Positions 31,106 to 40,833 of a DNA stretch of 64,000 nt are shown here, one piece after another. The notes beneath the pieces were generated by a model. That model had not been told where the DNA came from. It was given only the letters and a program-made list of their open reading frames with translations, and made no database searches. A program made the position numbers and the translations under genes. The stretch comes from a bacterium (lineage in GTDB: Bacteria > Bdellovibrionota_C > UBA2361 > CALJRW01): NCBI GenBank assembly GCA_031385045.1, contig JANNBC010000011.1, forward strand, positions 17,857 through 81,856, given 5' to 3'. Every line of letters begins with the position of its first letter. The first letter of the stretch is position 1.

Positions 31106-32989
31106 TTAGGCTGCTGCTGGGGCTTTTGTTTCTGCAGGCTTAACTTTTACACCAGACTCCTCACGTCTAAATAATTCAGGTTTAGAGGAAAGCTGTGTCT
31201 CCAACCATTCATGTGCCTGAAACACATCCCTTTTAGAATCTGCAGCATGCTCTTTCCCTGGAGTAACATCATCAAGGACAATCTTCTTAAACCTTTTTTC
31301 AAATTCAGCCATAATCTTTAACAACTCAACAATCCCATCTGGCTTAACATAGAAGTCACGGCTACCTCGTAGGAAATCATTACTACTCCCATCTAAAGAA
31401 ATAGAGGCTTTTGATTCATCAACAGCATTAAACATTGGAACCAAATCTACTTTTAATTTTGTAACGTCAGTCATTGCTGACAATTTGAGTTCTTCGGATG
31501 TAATACTTGTTAAAAAAGACATATCCTTGCTAATTGCAGAGAAGGTTTGATAAGTCCCATCTTTGTACTTAACTTTCACTGACACAATATCAGTCCCAAG
31601 TACTGTTGCTACTTCTGGCGGCAAAGAATTTCTATTAAATAATGTTTTAGATAAGAAGCGACTCAACTCTCTTCGTGCTGTAACATCTTCCTTAGCAGCA
31701 ATTGCTAAATCTTGCAGTCCTCGATAAAGCTTACCTGGCTCACTCTTGTCATCATTAACTAACTCAAGTGAAGTTAGGGCACTTTTAATTTGACTTGGCC
31801 ACATGTAACGAATCAGTCCAGTAGGACTTAATACGCTCTTCCCATTCCAAGGACTAGTTTGTCGTAGTTCATTTGTAAGCTTTGGATCTGTCCAATACCG
31901 CTCATAACTAAAACATACTGTCTTAGGATCTATATTATCTTTCAAACAAGAAAGCTTTCTTGAACCTGCCGCATAAGAAAGATGGTCATGATTAAAGCCA
32001 TAAAAAGTAACCATATCCATTACAGCTTCGGGTGCATTTCCATAAAACTTATCGAGATAGCTAACATAATTTGTCAGCTTTAAACCTTGAGGTTCAAGGT
32101 TAAGCCCAGACCAGTTACAATGGCTTGAGATTACATTATTTAACTCAATGGATGAGAAGCTACAGAATTCCGTTCTCAAGTTGTGTAACTTTGCGTTATG
32201 CACAATCAATTGTCCTTCACATCTATTTTGGATGGCAGATCCTACAAGTTGATTTACTATGCCATCAATCTTCTCTCCCGAAAGTGTTTGTCCAAAATCA
32301 GGACTAGATTTTGCTGCTTCATCAATATTTTTTATCTTACTAACATTAGAATCATTGCTATTTAAAACCCTAATAGCCTCATCTAAACTACTTGCAATTT
32401 CTCCACTTGGAAAACCTACACGCACTTTCTCTAATATTCGACTTAATTGTTGGTTACTAATTTCATCAGAAATATCAAAAGCAACAATAGTTTTACTAAA
32501 TGATTTGTCAGGTTCTAAATTACTATTAACTACTCCCTTGGCTCTCTGCCCCTCAGTTTTCCTAAGAGATTCTCCAAGTTCCTTCTGCAATAGCGAGCTA
32601 TCACTGCGCTCTAGTTCAAGTTTAAAAGCAAACCGTGGCGTATTTTCTAATCTTTTTGCTGGACGCTCAGTAAAGAATGCTGATAGTTTTTGCATCACAA
32701 CCACCTGCAATTCTTGATCCATTTTATGATCTACAGCTACTCGGCTGGAATCAGTTTTATTCTTTTCAGTAACTTCACCTGCCAACTGTTTTATGTTGCT
32801 CTTTGCCTTTCTTTGTCTATCGGCAATTCTTTCTGGGTAAAGACGATTCAAAGTATTATCAAAAGTCTGGCCTACTTTATCAGACCAGTTCCTCGGAGTT
32901 CTCGGCATTTGTGCATCTTTTAAAGTGCTTCCAGAAGTTGCTGGGGCTCCTGCCGTAGAAGATGAAGGTGTAGATGTTGTTTTACTCAT
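31106..32989 (-). CDS. Hypothetical protein
   Basis: 627-aa ORF, Ser/Thr/Ala-rich N-terminus, no recognisable family. Confidence 0.8.
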   Translation of the reverse strand: MSKTTSTPSSSTAGAPATSGSTLKDAQMPRTPRNWSDKVGQTFDNTLNRLYPERIADRQRKAKSNIKQLAGEVTEKNKTDSSRVAVDHKMDQELQVVVMQKLSAFFTERPAKRLENTPRFAFKLELERSDSSLLQKELGESLRKTEGQRAKGVVNSNLEPDKSFSKTIVAFDISDEISNQQLSRILEKVRVGFPSGEIASSLDEAIRVLNSNDSNVSKIKNIDEAAKSSPDFGQTLSGEKIDGIVNQLVGSAIQNRCEGQLIVHNAKLHNLRTEFCSFSSIELNNVISSHCNWSGLNLEPQGLKLTNYVSYLDKFYGNAPEAVMDMVTFYGFNHDHLSYAAGSRKLSCLKDNIDPKTVCFSYERYWTDPKLTNELRQTSPWNGKSVLSPTGLIRYMWPSQIKSALTSLELVNDDKSEPGKLYRGLQDLAIAAKEDVTARRELSRFLSKTLFNRNSLPPEVATVLGTDIVSVKVKYKDGTYQTFSAISKDMSFLTSITSEELKLSAMTDVTKLKVDLVPMFNAVDESKASISLDGSSNDFLRGSRDFYVKPDGIVELLKIMAEFEKRFKKIVLDDVTPGKEHAADSKRDVFQAHEWLETQLSSKPELFRREESGVKVKPAETKAPAAA

Positions 32990-33106
32990 AGCTATGTTGA
33001 TTCTATATTATAGAAGGATATTGTAGTTATTCTACCATCTAAGACAATGTGATTCTATTTTTTTAGAATATTTGTAAATTTTCCTTAAACTGTTATTAAG
33101 CTAGCA

Positions 33107-35062
33107 ATGAAAATTTATGTACATTTTGACCAAAATGAGATTGATCTGGGCACTTTAATCTCTGAAACAAACAATTCGGTCTGCCTAAAAGATCCTAAAA
33201 ATAAGGAAATCACTTGCAATACTAATAGGTTATACTACTTAGGTGATTATCAGGATGGTTTAGACTTAAATCAGATAAACCTTAAGGCCGAAGAGCTCTG
33301 GCCTGCCATTGAAATCCCAAAGCTTTGGGAAGCATTTAAAAAGAAAGCTTCCGTTCCGGGAGCTGAGCTGACAATTAAGCATTTTGGAACAGATCTACCA
33401 GAACAGCACTTTGCCCTTTTCCTAGCTGTGCACCACGAAAAAGTATATTTTAAACGCAAGTCTCAGGAATTTCACCTGCGAACTGAGAAAGAAGTTGCTG
33501 AAAGATTATTAAACAGCAAAAAAGATCAAACAAATCAACTAGAGCTTCAAGCTACTTTAGAGTTCCTAAGAGATAACATTAGCAATCTTCAAGGCCTGCC
33601 AGAAATTGCGCAGAGACTAGTTAATAATTTATTAGCCTTTGCAGCAGAGAGTCGCGACCTCTTACCAGATGAAAAAAAAGAAGCTCGGGAGTTCTTAAAA
33701 GAATTAATTAAAATTTTAAAGATTACTGATCTCGATCCAATCCCGGCATCTGCTTATCAAATCTTATTAAAACTTGGTGTCATTAATAATTACGCTGACT
33801 TAATTTTAATCCGTCATCATCAAAGCCTAAGTTTCACAAAACAAGCCTTACAGGAATGTAAAAAATTAGCTGTAGATTATCCAAAAATCATTCAAGATAA
33901 AAATCGCAAAGATTTAACTAAAGTTCCAATGTTTACGATTGACGATCAGTCAACTCTTGATATGGATGATGCCATTTCCTTAGAACAAACTATTGATGGC
34001 TGGCAGTTGGGAATTCATATTAGTGACATCTCCGCCTTAATTGCTAAGGGTTCCGTATTAGATAAATTAGCTTTAAAACGGGCGACTTCGGTTTACTCTA
34101 CTGGACAAAATATCAATATGCTTCCAGCAGAAATTTCTGAAAATTTGGGGAGTTTATTAGCAGGAGAAACTCGTCCGGCCTTAACAATTCACTTAAATTT
34201 AGACCGACATTACAACTTGTTATCTTCTAAAATCTTTCCAAGTTTAATTAAAGTAACCGAGCGACTTTCTTATCAACAAGTTGATCGATTACTAGAAGCT
34301 GAAGATTCGCGCTTTGTAGAACTTTATCAAATTACTAATCAATTTGAGACAAAGCGCTTAGAATCTGGTGCGATTAAAACTCCTAAGAAAGTTAGCGATA
34401 CTAAGCTAGTTGATGGGAAGTTAACTTTAGAGATTTTTGATGAGCATGATTTCGCTCGGAACATTATTGCTGAGTTAATGATTATTGCTAATAAGATTTT
34501 TGCTGAATATGCTTCGCAAAATTTCTTGCCAGCATTCTTTCGTTGCCAGGAAGCGCCAGAGCAAACGCAGAATGATGCTGGACAACAAAACCCTGAACAA
34601 TTTAAGCCTTCTTACACCAGCCTAACGGCTAAGCCCCACCACGCTTTGGGATTAAACGCTTACTTACAGGCCACTTCTCCCATCCGTCGCTATCAAGATT
34701 TGTGCAATCAACGCCAAATAATTAGTCATTTAAAAACTAAAAAGACTGAGCTAGATCGCAAAGACTTAGAAAAGATTAAGAAGTTAACATTTGCACCACT
34801 AAAAGAAGCTGTAACTGCTAGCAAAGAAAGTCGTAGATATTGGCTCTTAAGGTATGTGGCAGAAAACTATCCTAAAGGATCTGAATTTACTGCTCAAGTA
34901 ATTAAGAATGACAAAAAACTTGGCATGGTAACATTAAAAGATTTGATTATCACTGGACTTGTTGCGCTACCACAAAGCATGAATAGCAATACTGAAATCA
35001 AGGTTCGCTTGTTAGCAGTAAATCCTGAAAAAAATGATTTAAAGCTAGAACTGATTGCTTAA
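33107..35062 (+). CDS. RNB-domain exoribonuclease (RNase II/R family)
   Basis: Catalytic TIDDQSTLDMDDA, HISD, AELMIIAN, TSPIRRYQD. Confidence 0.92.
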   Translation: MKIYVHFDQNEIDLGTLISETNNSVCLKDPKNKEITCNTNRLYYLGDYQDGLDLNQINLKAEELWPAIEIPKLWEAFKKKASVPGAELTIKHFGTDLPEQHFALFLAVHHEKVYFKRKSQEFHLRTEKEVAERLLNSKKDQTNQLELQATLEFLRDNISNLQGLPEIAQRLVNNLLAFAAESRDLLPDEKKEAREFLKELIKILKITDLDPIPASAYQILLKLGVINNYADLILIRHHQSLSFTKQALQECKKLAVDYPKIIQDKNRKDLTKVPMFTIDDQSTLDMDDAISLEQTIDGWQLGIHISDISALIAKGSVLDKLALKRATSVYSTGQNINMLPAEISENLGSLLAGETRPALTIHLNLDRHYNLLSSKIFPSLIKVTERLSYQQVDRLLEAEDSRFVELYQITNQFETKRLESGAIKTPKKVSDTKLVDGKLTLEIFDEHDFARNIIAELMIIANKIFAEYASQNFLPAFFRCQEAPEQTQNDAGQQNPEQFKPSYTSLTAKPHHALGLNAYLQATSPIRRYQDLCNQRQIISHLKTKKTELDRKDLEKIKKLTFAPLKEAVTASKESRRYWLLRYVAENYPKGSEFTAQVIKNDKKLGMVTLKDLIITGLVALPQSMNSNTEIKVRLLAVNPEKNDLKLELIA

Positions 35063-35116
35063 CAACAATCATTCTTAAGCTCCGGTGCTCTAGTAAATCA
35101 TACTTTGTTCTGGGAA

Positions 35117-35554
35117 TTAATCTTTAAGGTTTTCTAAATCGATTAAATCTTGTGGGCGCCCAGCTGACTTTTTAAGTTTTCTTAGATCATTTTTAGAAAT
35201 AAAATGAATCTTAAGATCATTAAGATTAACATCAAATTTATTCTTCCAGGCATTTGCAAAAGTAGCACCTTTAACTTTTGTTAATAGGTCAATTCTATTT
35301 GGAGCAACGCCAAAAATGAACAAAACACCTGGTCGTGAGAAATCGTCTGCTGATAAGCTATCAATTGGAGCATTAAAACTCTTCAAGGCTTGCATTACTT
35401 TTTTGGAATTTAACTTAGAAGGTTCAATCCAGATATCTAAGTCTTTCGTATAACGTGGTTCAGTGTAGTAAGACACAGCATATCCGCCAATCACTAGATA
35501 TTTTACTTTAGCGTCGTTTAAACAATGCAACAGATCTCTGAAATCGGAGTTCAT
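35117..35554 (-). CDS. Minimal nucleotidyltransferase-fold protein
   Basis: YLVIGGYAV, PRYTKDLDIW, KKSAGRPQDLIDLE. Confidence 0.8.
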   Translation of the reverse strand: MNSDFRDLLHCLNDAKVKYLVIGGYAVSYYTEPRYTKDLDIWIEPSKLNSKKVMQALKSFNAPIDSLSADDFSRPGVLFIFGVAPNRIDLLTKVKGATFANAWKNKFDVNLNDLKIHFISKNDLRKLKKSAGRPQDLIDLENLKD

Positions 35555-35711
35555 TAATATCTTTCCCTTTTAATTTCCAAGCATCTTCCACTAGCTCCCA
35601 AACGGCATTTAGCCTAACTTCAGCAGACTGTTTTTGCCAATACTTAATGGAATCTTTTTGGTTAAAATCTTCCATTTTACCAAAAAAAATCTTCTCCATT
35701 TTTTTACGCAT
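35508..35711 (-). CDS. Small hypothetical protein paired with the nucleotidyltransferase
   Basis: 67 aa, YWQKQSAEVRLNAVWEL…RFQRSV; overlaps the downstream gene. Confidence 0.65.
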   Translation of the reverse strand: MRKKMEKIFFGKMEDFNQKDSIKYWQKQSAEVRLNAVWELVEDAWKLKGKDINELRFQRSVALFKRR

Positions 35712-35713
35712 AA

Positions 35714-36178
35714 TTATTTAACTTCATTTGGAACCACACGAACCGCTAACATTTTCCCCTTATTCTCTTCACACTCAGCTCCAGTGATCATTATCTCAGA
35801 GGCATCAAAATGCATCCGAGTATCTAGGAGTTGCATCCCTGATGTATCATGCCAGTTAATCCACAGACCAACTCGTTGATCTTCAAAATAAAGCATTTCT
35901 AATTCCAGATCATCGCCATTACTTAGAGTTAATTTTCTCTTCTCTTGCATTGGTAAGACTACTGACTGTGCGGAATCTAGGTTGAAATTTTTGAAATGGA
36001 GATCTTCTAGTTTATCTTTAATGTGCGCCAGGGATTCTGGTATAACTAATTTTTTATCAGAAAGATCAGCTCGCGGGTGATCACAAGTAATAGTCTCAAC
36101 TATTAGAGTTACGTCTTCAGCGAAAGAAAAAACTGGAGTCAAAAAAACACAAAGTAGTAAGAAATTAATTCTAAGCAT
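35714..36178 (-). CDS. Exported hypothetical protein in the ECF operon
   Basis: Signal peptide (…VFSFA-ED); 2-nt spacing to both neighbours. Confidence 0.7.
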   Translation of the reverse strand: MLRINFLLLCVFLTPVFSFAEDVTLIVETITCDHPRADLSDKKLVIPESLAHIKDKLEDLHFKNFNLDSAQSVVLPMQEKRKLTLSNGDDLELEMLYFEDQRVGLWINWHDTSGMQLLDTRMHFDASEIMITGAECEENKGKMLAVRVVPNEVK

Positions 36179-36180
36179 AA

Positions 36181-36861
36181 CTATTTATTCTGTTGGACAT
36201 TAGCCAGGTAACGACTACGCGGGGCTTTAACCCAAATAATATTAGAAGATCCATTACGTGCTGGAATCATTCTAATTCGTCCATCGCTCTTAAGCCAATC
36301 TAACTCTACAGCATTACGGGGGCCTTGGTTACTAGCTAAAGTAACAGGGATATTTGTATCTACTGCCCCCGTCTCGCTAGCTACCTTCGTATCTATTGCA
36401 ATACTAGCAATTTTTTGATGTGTTGTTATTGGACTAACTTCAAAATAATTAACATAACCTAGTTTGAAAATCAGACCCAAACAGAAAGCAGTAGATGCTG
36501 TTGCTAAGGTTGCAGAAATTGGATTTCTCTTCCAAAAGCTTTCCAAAATAGAAACTTTTGGCAATTCAGCTTCGTGAAAAATAGAATTTTTTTCAGCTTG
36601 TAAAAGGCGAGAATTTAGCACATTCCATTTATTATCTACTTCTGCAGGGTTATAGTTCTGAGTAATTTGGACGGAAAGAGACTCTAACTCATGTAGAAAC
36701 TCTTTGGCCTCAGAAGATTTGAGAAGAAATTTCTCGACATATAAATTGGTTAAAAAACCCAATTCACGATCATAATAGGCACTTAGTATGCTTTGTTGTT
36801 TTTCGCTAAGTTTATTCATAATCTTACATCTTAAAATAATTATACCAAATTTCACTACCAT
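36181..36861 (-). CDS. Putative membrane anti-sigma factor
   Basis: LSAYYDREL anti-sigma-type N-terminus, single central TM, directly after the ECF sigma. True start may be the internal MNKLS. Confidence 0.7.
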   Translation of the reverse strand: MVVKFGIIILRCKIMNKLSEKQQSILSAYYDRELGFLTNLYVEKFLLKSSEAKEFLHELESLSVQITQNYNPAEVDNKWNVLNSRLLQAEKNSIFHEAELPKVSILESFWKRNPISATLATASTAFCLGLIFKLGYVNYFEVSPITTHQKIASIAIDTKVASETGAVDTNIPVTLASNQGPRNAVELDWLKSDGRIRMIPARNGSSNIIWVKAPRSRYLANVQQNK

Positions 36862-36872
36862 CCACCAGTAGT

Positions 36873-37445
36873 TTAGCGGATATCGACTAAGGCTTTTTGA
36901 AGTGCTTTACGCGCATAAAAAAGCCGACTCATGACTGTTCCGCTGTTTAACCCACAAACACTGGCAATTTCTTCATACGAAAAACCTTCTACTTCTCTCA
37001 TTAAAAGTACACTGCGGTGTTCCTCACTAAGTTTAGCCAAAGCATTCTTAAGTATTCCCATACTCTGCTTGGTTTCTAACTGTTGATCCGGCTGTGCACT
37101 CATTGAGTTTAAAATTCCTTCTTCCGAACTAATTCGATCAAATTCTGGCTCCTCTAAAGAGGCTTGAACCCGACGCGACAGGCGACGCTTTACATCAATC
37201 GCCATGTTTCTAGTAATACGATAAAGCCAAGTATAAAAACTACTCTCGCCTTTGAAATTTTTAATTCCTAAATAGGCCTTAACAAAAGATTCTTGCACGA
37301 CCTCCTCGGCGTCTTGCTCTGAACGCATGATACTAAATGCTAGATTATAAATCCGCGAATAGTAATACTCATAAAGCGCGCGGAAGGCTTGCTTGTCTCC
37401 TGCCTGCACATCTGCAATTAATTTTAATTCCTGAACCTTATCCAC
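36873..37445 (-). CDS. ECF RNA polymerase sigma factor (RpoE-like)
   Basis: DAEEVVQESFVKAY, FYTWLYRI, EGFSYEEIA…GTVMSRLFYAR. Confidence 0.93.
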   Translation of the reverse strand: MDKVQELKLIADVQAGDKQAFRALYEYYYSRIYNLAFSIMRSEQDAEEVVQESFVKAYLGIKNFKGESSFYTWLYRITRNMAIDVKRRLSRRVQASLEEPEFDRISSEEGILNSMSAQPDQQLETKQSMGILKNALAKLSEEHRSVLLMREVEGFSYEEIASVCGLNSGTVMSRLFYARKALQKALVDIR

Positions 37446-40184
37446 CTAATGTATCTCACCCCAATTAGAACCGATTCCTAAGCCAATTTTTAAAGGTACG
37501 GCTAGACTTAGGGCGGATTCCATCAGATCCTGAATTAATTGACGTGCTTGCTCTTGGAAATCTTCACTGGTCTCGAAAAGTAATTCATCGTGGACTTGGA
37601 GAATAATTTTGAGGGGTAATTTATCAGCAATTATAACATGTTGCAGACGGTTCATGGCGATTTTGATAATATCGGCAGCAGTTCCTTGCACAGGGGCATT
37701 AAGTGCGGCGCGAACTAAAAAGCCTTTGTCACGCCCTGCTGTATCAATTGATTTAATATAACGCTTCCGTCCAAACATTGTCTCCACGTAGCCGTCCGCA
37801 TTTAGCATGGCCTCTACGTTTTTGAAATACTCACGAACTCCAGAGTAATAAGAAAAATAGTCATCGATATAGCGAGTTGCCTGGCCAACTGGAATTTCTA
37901 ATTCTCTCGCCAAGCGAAAACCACTCATGCCATAAATGATTCCAAAGTTAATTGTTTTTCCAAGGCGTCGTTGATTAGAATCTAGTGGCAGGTCTGCTGG
38001 TAAATTAAGAATTTGTCGAGCTGTCTGCGTGTGAATATCTTGATCGTTTTTAAAAGCATTAATTAAATTCTGATCCTGACTTAAGTCGGCCAAGACGCGA
38101 AGTTCAATTTGAGAGTAATCGGCGGAAATTAATTTTTTACCTTTTGGTGCGCAGAAAGCTTCGCGAATTTTACGTCCATACTCACTTTGAATTGGGATAT
38201 TTTGTAAATTAGGACTGGAGCTAGAAAGTCTCCCAGTTGCCGTAATGGTTTGATTAAAACTTGTATGTAAGCGATTAGTCTTGGCATTTACATAGCGTGG
38301 AAGCGCATCAACATAAGTTGATTTTAATTTATAGAGCTCACGGTAATCTAAGATTGTTTTTGGGAGCGGGTGCAAATAACTTAATTTTTCTAAAGTTGTG
38401 ACATCAGTAGAAATTCCAGTTTTAGTTTTTTTAAGTCCCGCGGTTGGTAAGTTTAATTTATCAAAAAGAATTGTGGCTAATTGCTTGGTGGAGTTTTGAT
38501 TAAAATCTTCGCCTGCTAGATCTTGAATTTTAATATTTAAGGCTTCTAGATCTATCTCTAATTCCTTTGACATTTTTAATAGAAATTCAGTATCTAAACC
38601 GATACCATTCCTTTCAATATCAGAGAGAACTCCGATTAAAGGCATCTCAATGTCATCCATCACTCTGCTAAGATCATTTTCAATAATCTTTGGGGCTAAT
38701 TGCTCTTTTAATAGCCAAGCATAGTGCGCATCTTGTGCGGCATAATGCGTTGCAACAGAAACTTCAACTTCTGCAAAGCTAGCGAGCCCCGCAGTGGTAT
38801 CAGTATACTCTGTCACATCATACCCCAAGTAATCTTTAGCTAAGCGAGTTAAGCCAAAAGAACTGGCATCAGCATCTATCAGGTATGCGGCAACCATAGT
38901 ATCAAAACTAATTCCAACCACTCGTACTTGATAATTAGCCAAGACGCCAACATCATATTTTAAGTTTTGGCCAATTTTTTTAATATTTGGATTTTCTAGG
39001 ATTGATTTTAGGGAACTAATTAGTAACTCTACTGGAATTTGTGGCTCACTTGATTCCCTGTGCGCTATTGGTAAGTAGAAAGATTTGTTATTGTCCCAAC
39101 AAAATGCTGCGCCAACAATTTCCGCTTCTAAGGTATTTAGAGAAGTAGTTTCTAAATCAAAAGAGAATTCTTTTTGTGACTCTAATTGTTTTAGCCAAGT
39201 TGGAAAATCTTTGGCATAGATTGTCTGGTAATCAGCAATCGCTTCTTTCTTTGGGGAATTGTTTTTTAAAAATTCGGCTACTAAAGAATCGAACTCTAAC
39301 TGTTCGGTTAGTTTCTTTAACTCATCAATATTAATAATTTGTCGTTTAATATAGGATTTTAAATCTTCTGGATTTAATTCTTGAATTAATGGCTGAGCTG
39401 GTAAATCAGTAAGGATAAGTGGAACATTTAATTCAATCTGCGTTAGCGATTTACTTAGGCGTAAGACTTGCGGATCGTTTTTTATTTGTTCGGCAATCTT
39501 TTTAGAGCCACGAATACTAGTATTAGTAGCTAGTAAATCAGCGCTTTCAATAATCTGTTCAATATTACCATAAGCTTGAATTAATGCCGTAGCAGTTTTT
39601 GGACCTACTCCACTAAGGCCGGGAATGTTATCAGAGCTATCTCCTGTTAGTGCTAAGAAGTCTACTACTTGCTCGGGAGCAACGCCAAATTTCTCAATCA
39701 CTTCTGCTTTCTGATAGTGCTTCCCCTTCATCGGATCGTAAATACTAGTTAAGGGATGAACAAGTTGCATCAGGTCTTTATCGGCAGAGACAACGACTGT
39801 TTCTTGATTACATTTTTGAAATTGATTAACAAAAGTTCCAATTAAATCATCAGCTTCAAAACCAGGCATCTCTAAGGTACGCAAACCAAGTGCTTTAGAA
39901 ATTTCTCGAAAGTAGGGCATCTGCGGAACTAAGTCCTCTGGGCACTCGGAACGATTTGCTTTATAAAGTGGATAGAGTTGATTACGGAAAGTTTCTTTGC
40001 CGGCATCAAAAATCATTACAACTTGATCACTCTCCATCTCCTTTAAAAGTTTTAGGAGCATTTTGGTAAAACCGAATAAGGCGTTTGTTGGAAATCCGTT
40101 TTTAGTTTTTAGAGGCTGAAGAACTGCGTAGTAGGCACGGAAGATATAGCCAGAGCCATCAATAAGGTAAATTTTATCGGACAT
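37446..40184 (-). CDS. polA: DNA polymerase I
   Basis: 5'-3' exo (LIDGS, EADD, GDSSDNIPG), intact 3'-5' exo (FDLET, QNLKYD, YAAQD), polymerase motifs ADYSQIELR, KTINFGIIYG, QVHDEL. Confidence 0.98.
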   Translation of the reverse strand: MSDKIYLIDGSGYIFRAYYAVLQPLKTKNGFPTNALFGFTKMLLKLLKEMESDQVVMIFDAGKETFRNQLYPLYKANRSECPEDLVPQMPYFREISKALGLRTLEMPGFEADDLIGTFVNQFQKCNQETVVVSADKDLMQLVHPLTSIYDPMKGKHYQKAEVIEKFGVAPEQVVDFLALTGDSSDNIPGLSGVGPKTATALIQAYGNIEQIIESADLLATNTSIRGSKKIAEQIKNDPQVLRLSKSLTQIELNVPLILTDLPAQPLIQELNPEDLKSYIKRQIINIDELKKLTEQLEFDSLVAEFLKNNSPKKEAIADYQTIYAKDFPTWLKQLESQKEFSFDLETTSLNTLEAEIVGAAFCWDNNKSFYLPIAHRESSEPQIPVELLISSLKSILENPNIKKIGQNLKYDVGVLANYQVRVVGISFDTMVAAYLIDADASSFGLTRLAKDYLGYDVTEYTDTTAGLASFAEVEVSVATHYAAQDAHYAWLLKEQLAPKIIENDLSRVMDDIEMPLIGVLSDIERNGIGLDTEFLLKMSKELEIDLEALNIKIQDLAGEDFNQNSTKQLATILFDKLNLPTAGLKKTKTGISTDVTTLEKLSYLHPLPKTILDYRELYKLKSTYVDALPRYVNAKTNRLHTSFNQTITATGRLSSSSPNLQNIPIQSEYGRKIREAFCAPKGKKLISADYSQIELRVLADLSQDQNLINAFKNDQDIHTQTARQILNLPADLPLDSNQRRLGKTINFGIIYGMSGFRLARELEIPVGQATRYIDDYFSYYSGVREYFKNVEAMLNADGYVETMFGRKRYIKSIDTAGRDKGFLVRAALNAPVQGTAADIIKIAMNRLQHVIIADKLPLKIILQVHDELLFETSEDFQEQARQLIQDLMESALSLAVPLKIGLGIGSNWGEIH

Positions 40185-40265
40185 GAAGAACTGAATTTAG
40201 AAATAAGCTCGTAGAGCATAACTAAATTTAGCTAAATAAACAAAGAGTTACTTAGATTTAAAGAG

Positions 40266-40291
40266 AGAGCCGAAGATGACTCTTCAGCTCT
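40266..40291. terminator. Hairpin between the zinc-finger ORF and polA
   Basis: agagccgaaga-tgac-tcttcagctct. Confidence 0.45.
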
Positions 40292-40306
40292 ATATATTTT
40301 TTCAAA

Positions 40307-40627
40307 TTAAGCTTCTGCCCTAGCGAAGTTTAACCCAAGCTCTTCATTTAATCTTTTATGAAGTCTGTCACGTACTCCTGCTGGCATGGCAGTTATTTGG
40401 AAGCAATGTTTAGCTTCTTCAATTATAAGCTCGATATCCTCAGCCAAACTCTGACATTCATTACATTCCTCAAAGTGATGCTCCAAACGACCGGCAAGCG
40501 ACAGGGGAATCTGTTGCTCTCTAAGTTCTGAGTATAAATCCTTAAAGTCATCACAATTAATATACTGTTTTTCTAGGTAACTTGTTAATTTAAGGTTATA
40601 TTTATTCATATCCAAACTTATTTCCAA
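40307..40627 (-). CDS. Small zf-HC2 (ZAS-like) zinc-finger protein
   Basis: INCDDF…EHHFEECNEC gives C…HxxxCxxC; no TM. Start may be the internal MNKY. Confidence 0.65.
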   Translation of the reverse strand: MEISLDMNKYNLKLTSYLEKQYINCDDFKDLYSELREQQIPLSLAGRLEHHFEECNECQSLAEDIELIIEEAKHCFQITAMPAGVRDRLHKRLNEELGLNFARAEA

Positions 40628-40833
40628 AGGTTTAAAATCGCAAGCCTTAGTAACTTTTGGGGCTCACAACCGTCGTGTATAGGTTTGATGTAGGCAGTTA
40701 CAAAAAAGATGCAAATTTTTTACATTTTTGTTACATATCTAAATTTTTTCTGCTAAGTTGCTGATATCATTAACTCCAAATCTCTCAGAGAGCTCGGGGG
40801 AATGTCAGTTTTTTACAAATATGTCTTTATTTT

